Source: Malacoraja senta (taxonomy: Eukaryota). Taken from it: a stretch of 64,000 nucleotides of DNA. The notes under the pieces were generated by a model. It did not search any database. It was not told the origin of the DNA and saw only the letters and a program-made list of their open reading frames with translations. The position numbers and the translations under genes are program-made. The stretch is taken from the NCBI GenBank assembly GCA_038087875.1, contig CM075995.1, positions 4,528,001-4,592,000 of the forward strand, given 5' to 3'. Positions 35,501 to 50,500 of the stretch are shown here, in pieces; the first letter of the stretch is position 1, and each line of letters starts with the position of its first letter.

Positions 35501-38500
35501 GCCCACATTGACTGGCTTTTGCATCGCAAACAACAGCGGCTACACTTCAACATTGACTATATATGTGTATATTTTACCTATTTCTATATGTAGCATTACT
35601 TACGGCTTCCATCGATGAATGCTGACATTGGAGGCATGTTGACTTCCTGCACTTCAGGTAAGGCGATGGCTATAGGAGACTGATTTACACGCAAGGCTGT
35701 GGAAGGCAACAACAACAACCTATCAGCGCAAATCTCACATTGGCTGTATTGTCCACATTACCAGAAATTAAATAAAAGTATAGAGCGACAGAGAAGGAAT
35801 GGGTGATGTTTCGGGTCCAGATGCTTCATCCGACCCGAAACATCACCCATTCCTTCTCTCCAGAGATGCTGCCTGAGTTACTCCAGCATTTTCTGTTTAT
35901 CTTCGGTGTAAACCAGCATCTGCAATTCCTTCCTGCACATTTCATGAAATTGAATTGGAAAAGATGCACAAAAGATTTGCGAGAATGTTACCAGGTCTGG
36001 AGAGTTTGAATTACAAGAAGAGGCTGGATGGGCTGAGTCCTTTTTTTCTCTGAAACGCAGGAGGCTGAGGGGAGACCCATTTGAGGTTCATCAAGAGGGG
36101 GCATATTCAAGATGAAGTACCACTGTCTTTTTCCCAGGATAAAGGAGACTAAAACTTGAGGGCATAGAGGTTTAAGATGAGAGAGGCAAGATCTAGAAGA
36201 GTCCTAAGGAGCATCTTTCGTGCACAGAGAGTGGTGCAGATGTGTAATGAGCTGCCAGACGAAGTGGTAGAGATAGAGGTGGGTACAATGACAACATTTA
36301 ACATACAGTTAGACACGGTGGCGCAGCGGTAGAGTTGCTGCCTTAGAGCGCTTGCAGTGCCGGAGACCCAGGTTCGATCCCGACAACGGGTGCTGTCTGT
36401 ACGGAGTTTGTACGTTCTCCCCGTGACGGCGTGTTTTTTTTCCAAATCTACAGTTTCCTCCCACACTGCAAAGACGTGCAGGTATGTAGGTTAATTGGCT
36501 TGGTGTAAGTGTAAATTGTCCCTGGTGTGTGTAGGATAGTGTTAATGTGCGGAGATCGCTGGTCGGCGCGGACTCGGTGGGCCGAAGGGCCTGTTTCCAT
36601 GCTGTATCTGTAAACTAAAAAAAAACAGGTACACGGATGGGAAAGGTTTGGAGGGATATGGGCTGGTCACAGCCAGGTGGGATTGGCTCAGTTAGGCAAC
36701 TTGGTCAACATGGACGAGTTGGGCCGAAGGGCCAGTTTCCATGCGGTATCACCCTAGGACTCCATTAGGAGAAACATAAGAACGTGTTCTGCTTGTTTAT
36801 ATTAATTTGAAGTGTGTGCAAATATTCTTTGCACGAGAAGAAGAAATAATTATATTCTTTCTAACAACCGCCATGGCGAAGAAACAAAGACTAGAAAACG
36901 GGTTCAATCAGCTACATTAAATTTAGTTTAGTTTTAGAGATACAGCGCAGAAACAGGCCCTTCAGTCCAACGAGTCTGCACCGAACAGTGATCCCCGCAC
37001 ATTAACACTATCCTACACAGACTAGGGACAATTTACACTTATACCAAGTCAATTAGCCCACAAAACTGTATGTCTTTGGAGTGTGGGAGGAAACCGAAGA
37101 TCTCGGAGAAAACCCACATGGTCACGAGGAGAACATACAAACTCTCTACAGACAAGCAATCGTAGTCGGGATTGCACTACGGGTCTCCGGCGCTGCAAGC
37201 GCTGTAAAGCAGCAACTCTACCGCTGTGCCACCGTGCTGCCAAATGCAGGTCATTTGGTCAAACTGGAAAGGGCCTGAGTAAACAGTTCCTCATCTGGTG
37301 CGGTCTGAGATTCTTCATTCATTACCAGGCTTCACAGTGACGTTGACAATAGTTTCTCCATAAGCGCCGTCTCCCGACACAGACACTCTGAAGATGTACA
37401 GGCCATCTGACAACTGGAAATTAAACAGAATTGCACAGAATCTTACTGCAAGGAAACAGGTAAATGAGGCCCCACAGGAATTTATGCACCGTAAGAAACT
37501 CCACTCATCTTAATTCATATTTGATTCCAAGATGGCGTCCAACACAGGCGACTATTTGCATGCTAGCCACAGAACCAATCTGCAATCACATATTACAATC
37601 GCTCCATTCTTGATTAGTACAGGTGTCAGAGGTTATGGGGAGAAGGCAGGAGAATGGGGTTAGGACCGAGAGATAGATCAGCCATGATTGAATGATGGAG
37701 TAGACTTGATGGGCCAAATGGCCTAATTCTACACCTGTTCCTTATGGCCTCCACACTTTAAAATCTACCCTGTGAATGGCTCTATTGTAATCATGTGTTG
37801 TCTTACCGCTGACTGGTTAGCACACAACAAAGGCTTTTCAGTGTACCTCGGCACACGTGACAATAAACAAATCTAATATCGGAGATCCCTTCAATTTCTC
37901 TCTTTTCAACATATTTATTGAGTTTCCACATAAATGTACCAATTCTAACTGATTTTTTTAAAAAGCCAAAAGAGCTGGAATAACTCAGCAGGTCAGACAG
38001 CACCTCTGGAGAACATGGATTTGTAATGTTTTAGTTCAGGACCCTTCTTCAGTTTGAAAGGTCACCTATCCATGTTGTCCAGAGATGTGGTCTAATCTGC
38101 TGAGTTACTCTAGCATTTTGTGCCTTTATTGGTAAACCAGCAACTGCAGTTCCTTGTGTCTCTATCTAACTGGAGATGATCTGATAAAGGTGTGTAAAGT
38201 CACAAGAGGAATAGATCAGGTAGAAGCACCAGTCTCTTGCCCAGATTAGGAGAATCTAGAACCAAAGGACATAGGCTTAAGGTGAAGAGGGAAAGATTTA
38301 ATAACGTTTTCACATAAAGGGTGGTGGGTGTATGGAACAAGATGCCAGCGGAGGAAGTTGAGACAGGGACAATTGCAATGCTTAAAAAACATTTAGACAG
38401 GTACATGGATAGGACAGGTTTCGAGGGATATGGGCCAAATGCAGGCAGGCGAGACTAGTGTAGATGGGACATGTTGGTCATAAGGAACAGGAGTAGAATT

Positions 38501-41500
38501 AGGCCATTCGGCCCATCAAGTCTCTCTGCCATTCAATCCTCTGATCTATCTCTCCCTCCTAACCCCATTTTCTTGCCTTCTCCCCATAACCTCTGGACCT
38601 GGTGACGTGGGCGTTGGGCCAAAGAGCCTATTTCCATGCCATTCTATAACTGCATTTTATGCTAATTTCAATTATTGTTTCAATATCTACCTTTTAATTA
38701 AGTTTTTGGCAGATGTATATTTGCAATCTGAAGAAATTGATTAAAATTGACTATTAGACTCCTTAACAGTTCTATACAGAACATTGGAGTACCGTGTTCT
38801 GTTCTGGCCACCCCATTACAGGAAGGATGTGGAGGCTTGGGGAGGGTGCAGAGGAGGTTTCACATCCTGCCTGGATTCGAGGATATTAGCTATAACAAGA
38901 GGTTGGACAAACTCTGATTGTTTTCTCATGAATATTGGAATTGGAGGGGAGACCTGATGGAAATATACAGAATTATGAGAGGCATTGATGGGGTAGACAG
39001 TCAAAACCTTTTCCCCGGGAGGTAAATGTCAAAACCAAGAGTGCATAGCTTCAAGGTGAGAGCTGCAATTTCTTCGTGCCTGGAGCAAGCTACCAGGGTT
39101 GGTCTTGCAGGTAAATACAACAGAAGGGTCTCAACACGAAACGTCACCCATTCCTTTTCTCCAGAGATTCTGTCTGAGCCGCTGATTTACTCCAGCATTT
39201 TGTGTCTATCTTTGGAGGCATTTAAGAAGCTTTTAGATATGCACATGGATTTGGAGGATACCTAGGGTGGAACGGTGGTGCAGCGGTGGAGTTGCTGCCT
39301 TACAGATCACAGCACCAGAGACCCGGGTTTGATCCCGACTATGGATGCTGTCTGTACGGAGATTGTACGTTCTCCCCATGGGTTTTCTCTGAGATCCACC
39401 CACACTCCAAAGATGTACAGGTTTGTAGACTAATTGGCTGGGTATAACTGTAAATTTGTCCCTGGTGTGTGTAGAATAGTGTTAGTGTGCGGGGATCGCT
39501 GGTCGGCGCGGACTCGGTGGGCTGAAGGGCCCGTTTCCGCGCTATATCTCTAAACTACACTGAAAAGAATATGGATCACATGCAAGTAGAGAAGATTAGT
39601 TTAACAGCATGAACATTGTAGCCTGAAAGGCATGTTCCTCTGCTGTACTGTTCTATGTCCTACAAATGATGGAATGAGGAAGGCTTCTTGCAGCATCAAA
39701 CTTTTTCCGTGATTTTCTATGTAAAATTGAAATTCATAACTTTCTACTTTTAAATTAAGTGTTGCTGATTAAAATGTCACAGGATGTGATAATTACACAA
39801 GTATGTCCACTCCTTTTAGGACAAGCAGCACTTAGACCTCACACCTCACGGTCACTGGGAACAAAACACAAGTGAAACCATTGCCATTTCTCTCCACTGC
39901 ATTCTCTTTACACCTCACGCTGCCTCGAAAAGGCCAGCAGCATAATCAAGGACGAGTCTTACCCCGATCATTCCCTCTTCTCCCCTCTCCCATCAGGCAA
40001 GAGGTACAGAGGTGTGAAAACGCACACCTCCAGATTCTGGAACAGTTTCATCCCAGCCATTATCAGGCATCTGAATCATTCTATCAACAATTCAAGTGTG
40101 GTCAATAGACAGTAGACAATATGTGCAGGAGTAGGCCATTCGGTCCTTCAATGTGGTCATGGCTGATCATCCACAATCAGTACCCCGTTCCTGCCTTCTC
40201 CCCATATCCCCTGACTCCGCTATTTTTAAGAGCCCTATCTAGTTCTCTCTTGAAAGCATCCAGAGAACCGGCCTCCACCGCCCTCTGAGGCAGAGAATTC
40301 CACAGACTCACCACTCTCTGTGAGAAAAAGTGTTTCCTCGTCTCCGTTCTAAATGGCTTACTCCTTATTCTTAAACTGTGGCCCCTGGTTGTGGACTCCC
40401 CCAACATCGGGAACATGTTCTATTGGTCCTGAGCTATTGTCTAACTCATTGGAGACCCTCGGACTATCTTTAATCGTACTTTAGGGGGCTTTACCTTGCA
40501 CTAACCGCTGTTCCCTTTATCATGTATCTGTGTGGATCTCTTGATTGTAATCATGTGTTGTCTTTCCGCTGACTGGTTATCACGCAACAAAAGCTTTCCA
40601 CTGTACCTTGGTACACATGACAATCAATTAAACTAAACTAAATTGAACTAGGGATAAGTAGTGAGTTGGACTGCCAGGGTAAACATAGGATCTAATCGCA
40701 AGAACGACCTGCAGAACTCCCCAGCCTTCCAAAATAGACAGAATGTAGAAATAAAGAACTGCAGATACTGGTTTATACCTAAGATAGACACAGAGTGCTG
40801 GGAGTAACTCAGCAGGTTAGACAGCATCTCTGGAGGAAAGGGATAGGTGACGTTTCATGTTAGGACCCTTCTTCAGACTGAAAGTAGAGGGTGAGAGGGT
40901 TTAATAGCTGAAGGTGAGAAAACACCAGGACCAATCAGGTCAACCTGAAACGTCACCTATCCTTTTGCAGTTAGATCCTGTGTTTATCCCAACTGTCCAA
41001 CACACTACTTATCCCTGGTTCAATTTAGTTTAGTTTATTGCCACGTGTACCAAGGTACAGTGGAAAGCTTTTGTTAACCAGTCTGCAGAAAGACAATACA
41101 TGTTTACAATTGAGATATCCACATATCAGTTGAATGGCTATTGATGCAAAAATTGTGCTTTAATATTCAACTGTCCATTTTGCAAGATAGACACACATGT
41201 ACGATACAAAATGTCGGCCAACGACTCCTTTCAAAGTGATGGCAGCAACAATACATCTGAGAAAATCATTAAATAACCTGCCACTCTATCGCAGATTTAT
41301 CAATAACAAGATCGAGATCTAAAAAAAGCAGGAGACAAGGAAAACCTGAAAGTCAAACTCTTAGAAATGTCTGTGTTTAGTTTAATTTAGTTTAGAAATA
41401 CAGCATGGAAACATGCCCGTCGGCCCACCGGGTCCATGCTGACCAGTTATCCCACCCACACTAACGCTATCCTACATACAAGGGGCAATGTATAATTTTA

Positions 41501-44500
41501 CCAAGCCAATTAACCTACAAACCTGTGCATCTTTGGAGTGTGGGAGGAAGCCAAAGCTCCCGGAGAAAACACACGCAGGTCACGGGGAGAACGTACAAAC
41601 TCCATACAGACAGCACCCATAGTCAGGATCTAACCTGGGTCTCTGGCGCTGTAAGGCAGCAACTCTACCGCTGTGCCAACGTGCCGCCCCCTAACTGGCT
41701 GTGTGTCATAAACAGAGAAACAGATAACACTTTAAACCAGAGGTTTTTAGAAACAGCACACTCACTAACATTTCTCATATTTATAGCTTGATTCTTACGT
41801 TGTACTTGAATTATATTTTCTCACCTTACCTGAGATAGCTTCAGTGTCTGAGAATCTTGGCCTTCCATTAGACCTTCAAAGTCCACAGGATGGCTCACTA
41901 AATTCCACTTATAACTGTAAGGTGATTCTGAAGAGAAAAAGCAAACATCAGCATACGTGAATAAAGCAAATCAAGGCAAGGAAAATGGGCTTCTCAAAAG
42001 CCAGACTCAAAATACAAATGCTTTCTGCCTTTAGTTTAGTTTATTGTCATGTGTACCGAGGTACAGTGAAAAGCTTTTGTTGCGTGCTAACCATTCAGCG
42101 GTAAGACAATGGATGACTTGAAATTCATGAGTCTTCTTTAAATAGTTGGAGAGCTGCCGGAAGATTGGAGGGTGGCAAATGTTGTGCCTCTATTCAAGAA
42201 GGGCTGCAGGGAAAATGCTGGGATCTATAGGCCGGTGAGCTTAACATCTGTAGTCAGAAGGTTACTAGAGTATTCTGTGGGATAGGTTATACAGGCATTC
42301 GGGTGGACAAGGTCTGATTAGCGATAGTCAGCATGGTCATGTACGTGGGAGGTCGTGTCTCACAAATCTGATTGAGTTTTTTGTAGACGTGACCAAAAAG
42401 GTCGATGAGGGCAGAGCTGTAGATGCTGTGTTGATGGGGTTCAGCAAAGCATTCGACAAGGTTCCGCATGGTAGGCTGCTCTGGAAGGTTAGATCGCATG
42501 GGATCCAAGGAGAGAAAGCTGAATGGATAGAACATTGGCTTCATGGAAGGAAGCAGAGGGTGATGGTGGAAGGTTACTTTTCGGTCTGGAGGTCTGTGAT
42601 GAGTGGTGTGCCTCAGGGTTTGGTGCTGGGCCTGTTACTGTTTGTCATCTACATCAATGATTTGGATGAGAACATACATGGCATGATTAGCAAGTTTGCT
42701 GATGATACAAAAGTTAGTGGTTTTGCAGATAGTGAAGATAATTGTGAAAAAATTGCAGCAGGATCTTGATCAATTGGCCAGGTGGGCTGAGGAATGCTGG
42801 ATGGAATTTACGAGTACATAAATTATAGGAATAGAATTAGGTTATTCGGCCCATCGAGTCTACTCCGCCAGTCAATCATGGCTGATCTCTGCCTCCTAAT
42901 CCCATTTTCCTGCCTTCTCCCCATAACACCTGTTCTAATCAAGAATCTGTCTATCTCTGCCTAAAAAATATCCACTGATTTGGCCTCCACAGCCCTCTGT
43001 GGCAATGAGTTCCACAGATTAACTACCCTCTGACTGAAGAAGTTCCTCCTCACCTCCTTTCTAAAAGAGCGCCCTTTAATTCTGAGGCTATGATCCCTGG
43101 TTCTAGACTCTCCCACCAGTGGAAACATCCTTTCCACATCCACTATGCCTTTCATTATTCTGTAAGTTTCAATGAGGTCCCCCCTCAACCTTCTAAACTC
43201 CAGCGAGTAGAGGCCCAGTGCTGTCAAACGCTCATCATATGCTAACCCACTCATTCCTGGAATCATTCTTGTAAACCTCCTCTGGACCCTCTCCAGAGCC
43301 AGCACATCCTTCCTCAGATAGGGGGTCCAAATTTGCTCACAGTACTCCAAAGGTGCCTGCCCAACGCCTTATAGAGCCTCAGCATTACATCTCTGTTTTT
43401 GTATTCCAGTCCTCTTGATATAAATGCTAGCATTGAATTTGCCTTCCTTACTACTGATTAAACTTGCAAATTAACTTTTTGGGAGTCCTGCACCAGCACT
43501 CCCAAGTCCCTTTGCACCTCCAAATTCTGGATCCTCTCTCCATTTCGAAAATAATCTATGCCTTTATTCTTATTACCATAATTTATTACCAAATTATTAC
43601 CAAAAATGCAATACTGAAAAATTTGAGGTGTTGCATTTTGGGAACATGGGCATGACCTACACAGTGAATGGTAGGGCTCTGGGGAGTGTTGTAGAGCAGA
43701 GGGATCTAGGAGTGCAGGTGCATGGTTCCATGAAAGTGAAGTCACAGGTAGATGGGATGATAAAAAAGGCTTTTGGCACATTGGCTTTGATCAGTCAGCG
43801 TATTGTATAGAAGCTAGAGGTCATATTGCAGTTGTATAAGACGTTGTTGGTTAAGCCACATTTAGAGAATTGTGATTCACTTCTGGGCACCATGTTATAG
43901 GAAAGATGTTGTCAAGCTGGAAAGGGTACAGAGAAGATTTACGAAGATGTTGCTTGGACTAGAAGGTCTGAGCTATAGGGAGAGGTTGAGTAGGCTGGGA
44001 CTCTATTAGATGGAGCGCATGAGGATGACAGGTGATCTTATAGAGGTGTATAAAATCATGGTAGGAATAGATCAGGTAGATGCACAGAGTTTCTTGCCTA
44101 GAGTAGGTGAATCGAGGACCAGAGGACTTTGGTTTAAGGTGAAGGGAAAAAGATTTAATAGGTATCTGAGGGGTAACATTTTCGCACAAAGGGTAGTGGG
44201 TGTATGGAACAAGCTGTCAGGGGAGGTCGTTGAGGCTGGGACTATCCCAATGTTTAAGAAACAGCCAGACAGGTACATGGATAGGACAGGTTTGTAGGGA
44301 TGTGGACCAAACGCGGGCAAGTGGGACAAGGGTCGCTGGGACATGTTGGACGTGGGCGAGATTCCACACTGTATCACTCGATGACTCTATGAGTACAATG
44401 GAGCCATTCACAGTGTACATGATAAGCGAGTAATGTTTAGTGCCTACCTTGGGTTTGCTAAACAACGAATCTCTGTGACTTGTCCCACGTGACAATAAAG

Positions 44501-47500
44501 TATCATTCATTCATTCATTAACTTGCCCTGGAGAAGTCGAGGAGTCGCAGCAGGCAGAGCATCTGCCTCAACCGCCAGAGAGCCGGGTTCAATTCTGACC
44601 TCGGGTTGATTGATACTTTATTATCATATGTGAAATGTCACGGTGAAACTCTTTGTTTTGCATACCATACACCAAGTCCGCAAAGAGTCCGGTCCCTTTT
44701 TGTGTTGTGCTGTCGGTGTGCAGTTTTGATGGTCTCCCTGTGACTACGTGGGTTTCCTCCGGGTACTCCGGTTTCCTCCCACATCCCCAAAAACATGCGG
44801 TCTGTAGGTTAATTGTGCTCCGTACATTTGCCCCTGATATTCAGGGAGTGGATGAGAAAGTGGGATAGCATAGAGCTGGTGCAAACGGTTGATCGATGGT
44901 GGGCCGAAGGGCTTGTTACCATGCTGTATCGCTACACTAAATTAAAAAGATTTATAAAGGAGACATATGCATAAGCCATCAGATACGAAATACAGAAGAA
45001 ATGTCATCCATCCCTTGTATACCGTCTAATCTTGTTCTAAAGCCAAGCCTCACCTGCAGTTGGAGCGGGGACTACAAAAGTATTCAGTTCCACAGAATCT
45101 TTGGGCCGAGTGACTACAATGTTTGCTCCAGCTGATACAACCAGTTCCTTAACTATGAGGGGAGGGAGGAAAAAAAGAGAATTTTAAACACATTCAACAA
45201 AATAAACCAATAAAAGTGACATCAACTTTTAATACGTTTGCTTAATAGCCTTACCTATCGACGAAAACATCTTTGAACCAGCAGTTAATACATTTTGCAG
45301 AAAGTTATTTCTCCAATTAATTGCATTTAGCCAAATCTAAACACAGAATTGGAAGATAATCTGAACACAACAAATTAAGACTTGAATGTATACATTGTTT
45401 CATACGACTTCAATCTGTGCTTTATGGCCTTTTAGTACTTTTGATCTAATTTAGAAAATGTAGCAGGCAGCATGTGAGCAGAAACAGTGGATTTGTGTTT
45501 TAGCCAAGTTATATGCAGTCACAGAATCATACAGCATGGAAAAAAAACCTTCGGCCCAAAAAACCTTCGGCACAGAATAAATGGACCTTTGGGGGATCTT
45601 TAAAATGAGATGAAAAGCTTCATAGGAAGAGCTGCTCGTAATGGGCAGTGGCATTACTAAGAGCAGCTGACTCAATTTCTGTGACCTGGGTTCAATTCTA
45701 ACCTTGGCTGTTTTCCGTGTGGAGACTGCAAGGTCTTTATGTGACCATGTGGATTTGCCCTCCACCTCCCCCAATACCCCCACCCCCTATACCCCCCCTC
45801 CCATCCCCCTGCACCCTCCATTCCTATCCCTACCCCATCCCATGCCCCCCACCCCCTTCCATCCCCCCCACCCCCCTTAACTCCACCCATTCGCCCCCTC
45901 CACCCCTCCCTCCACTCCGCCCATCCCTCCCCTTCACTCCGCCCATCCCCCTTCCGTTCAATCCGCCCATCCCCCTCCCTTTCCCTCCACCCCCTTCCGT
46001 GGGGCTCCAGTTTCCTCCCACATCTTAAAAACATGCAGGTTAGTTGCTCGCTGTAATGATTTGCCCCTAGCTGGAAGCTGGAAAGGGTGCAGAGAAGATT
46101 TACGAAGATGTTGCCAGGACTCGAGGGCCTGAGTTATAGGGAGAGGTTGCGCAGTGAGGACTCTATTCCTTAGAGCGCAGGAGGATGAGGGGTGATCATA
46201 CAGAGGTGTATAAAATCACGCGAGGAATAGATTAAGTAGACACACAGAGTCTGTTGCCCAAAGTAGGGAAATCGAGAACCAGAGGACATAGGTTTAAGGT
46301 GAGGGGGGAAAAATTTAATAGGAACCTGAGGGGTAACTTTTTCACACAAATGGTGGCGGGTGTATGGAACAAGCTGCCGGAGACTTCTGCAGTTGTATAG
46401 GGCTCTGGTGAGACCACATCTGGAGTATTGTGTACAGTTTTGATCTCCTAATTTGAGGAAGGACATCCTTGTGATTGAGGCAGTGTAAGTTCACGAGATT
46501 GATCCCTGGGATGGCGGGACTGTCATATGAGGAAAGATTGAAAAGACTAGGCTTGTATTCACTGGAGTTTAGAAGGATGAGGGAGGATCTTATAGAAACA
46601 TATAAAATTATAAAAGGACTGGACAAGCTAGATGCAGGAAAAATGTTCCCAATGTTGGGCGAGTCCAGAACCAGGGGCCACAGTCTTAGAATAAAGGGGA
46701 GGCCATTTAAGACTGAGGTGAGAAAAAACGTTTTCACCCAGAGAGTTGTGAATTTATGGAATTCCCTGCCACAGAGGGCAGTGGAGGCCAAGTCATTGGA
46801 TGGATTTAAGAGAGAGTTAGATAGAGCTCTAGGGGCTAGTGGAATCAAGGGATATGGGGAGAAGGCAGGCACGGGTTATTGATTGGATAGATCAGCCATG
46901 ATCACAATGAATGGCGGTGCAGGCTCGAAGGGCCGAATGGCCTCCTCATGCACCTATTTTCTATGTTTCTATGTAGGAGGCAGTTGAGACAGGTACTATC
47001 GAAATGTTTAAGAAACATTTAGACAGGTACATATTTAGGACATTTTTAGAGGGATATGGGCCAAACGCAGGCAGGGTGGGACTTGTGTAGACGGGACATG
47101 TTGGTCGGTGTGGGCAAGTTGAATCGAAGGGCCTGTTTCCACATTGCAAGACTCTGGCTCTAATGTGCAGAGGCTTGGCAGAATCTAGGGGGAGGAGAGC
47201 AGTAATTAGAATGCAATGGGAATAGCATAGGATTAGTGTGCTTGAGTACCTGGGTGCTTGATATCTGACATGGACTCAGTGGCCCGTTTACATGGTGTAT
47301 GATCTGTGACTATGAAGCTTGTTGAGAAGCTTTGTTTAAAAACTATGCTTCAGCACTGGTATACAACAAATAAATTGAATTCAAACTAATATTCTGAAAT
47401 GTCAGGTTAAAATGGTGGCATCCTTCAAGCAACAGCAAAATAAATGTATTCTGCACTGTTTATTGATCCATGGCTCATTTTTATTGGACTGCATGTTAAA

Positions 47501-50500
47501 ACAACCAACTGTGGTTCTAGTCAGTTCAGTTTAGTTTATTGTCACGTATACTGAGGTGCAGTGAAAAGCTTTTTGTTGTGTGCTAGCCAGCCCGCAGAAA
47601 GACTATACATGATTGCAATCAAACTGTCCACAGTGTACAGATACATGATAAAGGGAGTAACGTTTAGTGCAAGATAAAAGTCCAATTACAGATAGTCCGA
47701 GGGTCTTCAATGAGGTAGATGGTAGCTCGGAACCACTTTCTAGTTGTTGGTAGGACGGTTCAGTTGCCTGATAACAGCTGGGAAAAAACTATCTCTGAAT
47801 CTGGAAGTGTGCGTTTTCGCACTTCTGTACCTCTTGCCTGATGGGGGAGGGGATAAGAGGGAGTGGCCAGGGTGCGACTCGCCCTTGATTATGCTGCTGA
47901 CCTTGCCGAGGCAGCGTGAGGTATAGATAGCAGGGAGATGGAAGATGGTAGATGGAGGTGTAGATGGAAGGGAGTCAATGGAAGGGAGGAAGAATGGATT
48001 GCATGCAAAACAAAGTTCTTCACGATATCAACACTAAGAATGTGGAATCGAAGCAAGCTCAATTGGTGAATGTTAAAGCAAATGCGCTGTGCATTTCAAA
48101 AGGAAAATACAGCATGGCTATGAGGAAAGAGTGAGGAAAGTGGACTAATCAAATATTTGAAACAGCAAGCATAGAAAGATGAGATAAATGAGCTTCTTTG
48201 TTGCAAGCTCTACCAATCTTGTAACATACCATCATAGTCATACAGCGTGGAAACAGGTCTTTCAGCCCAACTTGCCCACACCGACTAACATGTCCCATCT
48301 ACACTAGTCCTGCCTGCCTACATTTGGCCCATATCACTCTAAACATGTCCTACCCATGTACCTGTCCAATTATTTCTTAACCGTTGCAATAGTCCCTGCC
48401 TCAACTACCTCTTCTGGCAGCTCGTTCCATACACCCACCACCCTTTGTGTGAAAAGGTTAGCTCTCAGATTCCTATTAATTCTTTCCCCCTTCACCTTCA
48501 ACCTATGTCCTCTGGTTCTCGATTCCCCTACTCAGTGTGTCTGCCCGATCTATTCCTCTCATGATTTTATACAGCTCTATAAAATCACCCCTCATCCTCA
48601 CTGCACTCCAAGGAATAGAGTTCTAGCCAGTCTTTTCCTATTGCTCAGGCCCTTGAGTCCTGGCAACATTATTATAAATCTTCTACATCTTTCCTAAAAA
48701 AAAACGGTGCCTAGAACTAAACACAATGCGGCCTCACCAACGTCTTACGCAACTGCAACATTAATTTCCAATTTCTACACTCAATACTCTAACCCTGTGC
48801 TTCTTAAACTGGTGAATGGTTCACCCAAGGGCGAATGAAATTATTTTGGGGTGAATTAAACTAGAGGGGTGAATGAAGGGTGAATGACTTAATTTATTCA
48901 GATATTTATATATATTTTTTCTATACTTAAAAAAGGCATTGCCATTAAAGTGGTTAGTAAGCTCTTATTGGTTTTAATGGCAGTGGAGCTGGAAATTTCA
49001 TCTTTTTTCCTCTCTACCTATGGTTTTCTAATTTCAAAGTAGCAGGATATTTCCCAAATTTACTGTAATATAACCTTTTAGGGAGGACCATGGTTTTTTG
49101 AGCTAGTTTTCCAAGGGAAAAAACTGCAGTAATCAAAGCCCGAGGGTAGGATGGGGCTGAAGCCCAGTGTTTAGATGTTGGAATGGTTTTTTATCATTCT
49201 AATAGTATGATTTTCCAACTCCAGTGGTAATTAAACTTCTTTTTTTTTCACTCCTAGTTTTCTTTACATATTTTTAGATGTTCAAAAAGTTGAATCAAAT
49301 AAACACTATGTTACCGTATATTTTTGGCTCATGTGACAAAATAAATTATATATAAATTTATACACAAGGGAGAATAAGACAAAAATGATCAAAAAACATA
49401 AGAATGGTTAGTTGAGGGTGAAATAAATTTTGTGATAAAGACTCGTGAATGACACTGAAATAGTTTAAGAAGCACTGCTCTAACCAATAAAGGACAATGC
49501 GGCAAAAGCCTTTTTGACCACCCTATACGAAACGATACGACAGAATCCCAGGAGGGGAATTGATCCACCAACAGTCATAAAACACAAAATACATGAACCA
49601 TGAAATTAAAGTGACGAGTAGAAAGGATTGGGGATGTGCAAAGATTTGGGGACTGGGGGGGGGGGCTGGAAGGGCAGTCAGTCTACCCCATGACAGAAGG
49701 GGAGGAGTTGTACAGTTTGATAGCCACAGGGAAGAAGGATCTCCTGTGGCATTCTGTCCTGCATCTTGGTGGAACCAGCTGAAGGTGCTCCTCTGGTTGA
49801 CCAGTTTGTCATGGAGGGAGTGAGCTGTATTGTCCAGGATGCTCCGCAGTTTGAGGAGCATCCTCCCCTCCAAGACAGCGGCCTGTGACGCCAACTTTAC
49901 TGACAGGTATTCACCTTTTCTGGATTCTACAATCTTTGCAAATGAATGAAAGTTTAATTTGCGTTGAACAGAGGGCAATACCAACTCCGTATCATGTTAA
50001 CACATTTCGCTTCCGGCTGAAATAGGAAAACACTGTGTTACCTGGTTGCTGGGCAAATGCAGACACTGTCGTTACTTCAGTGCCCGCCGACTGTGAAGCC
50101 AGTGGATTCTCCGATACGGGAGTTACAACCGGGATACCTGCTCCTGACCTCTCCTGGTGTGTGGCTGCAAAGCTGGTGTTCTCCGAAACAGCTGTCCCCG
50201 AGAGTGGTTTGGGAAGTGATGAATTTGAAGGAAAGACATCTTCCTGGTAAAGAGAAGAAACGTGCAAATTACTTATTGCAAGTCAGAAGGTCATAGGAGT
50301 AGAATTAGGCTATTCGGCCCATTGAGTCAACTCCGCCATTCAATCATGGCTGATCTATCTCTCCCTCCTCACCCCATTCTCCTGCCTTCTCCCCATAACC
50401 TCTGATACCTGTACTAATCAAAAATCTATCTATCTCTGCCTTTAAAAAAATCCACTGACTTGGCCTCCACAGATTCAGCACCCTCTGACTAAACAAATGT

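Noticed and set aside
45672..46034. Pro-rich and Gly-rich ORFs
   Set aside because: Translation of a low-complexity C-rich tract with no splice or homology support.
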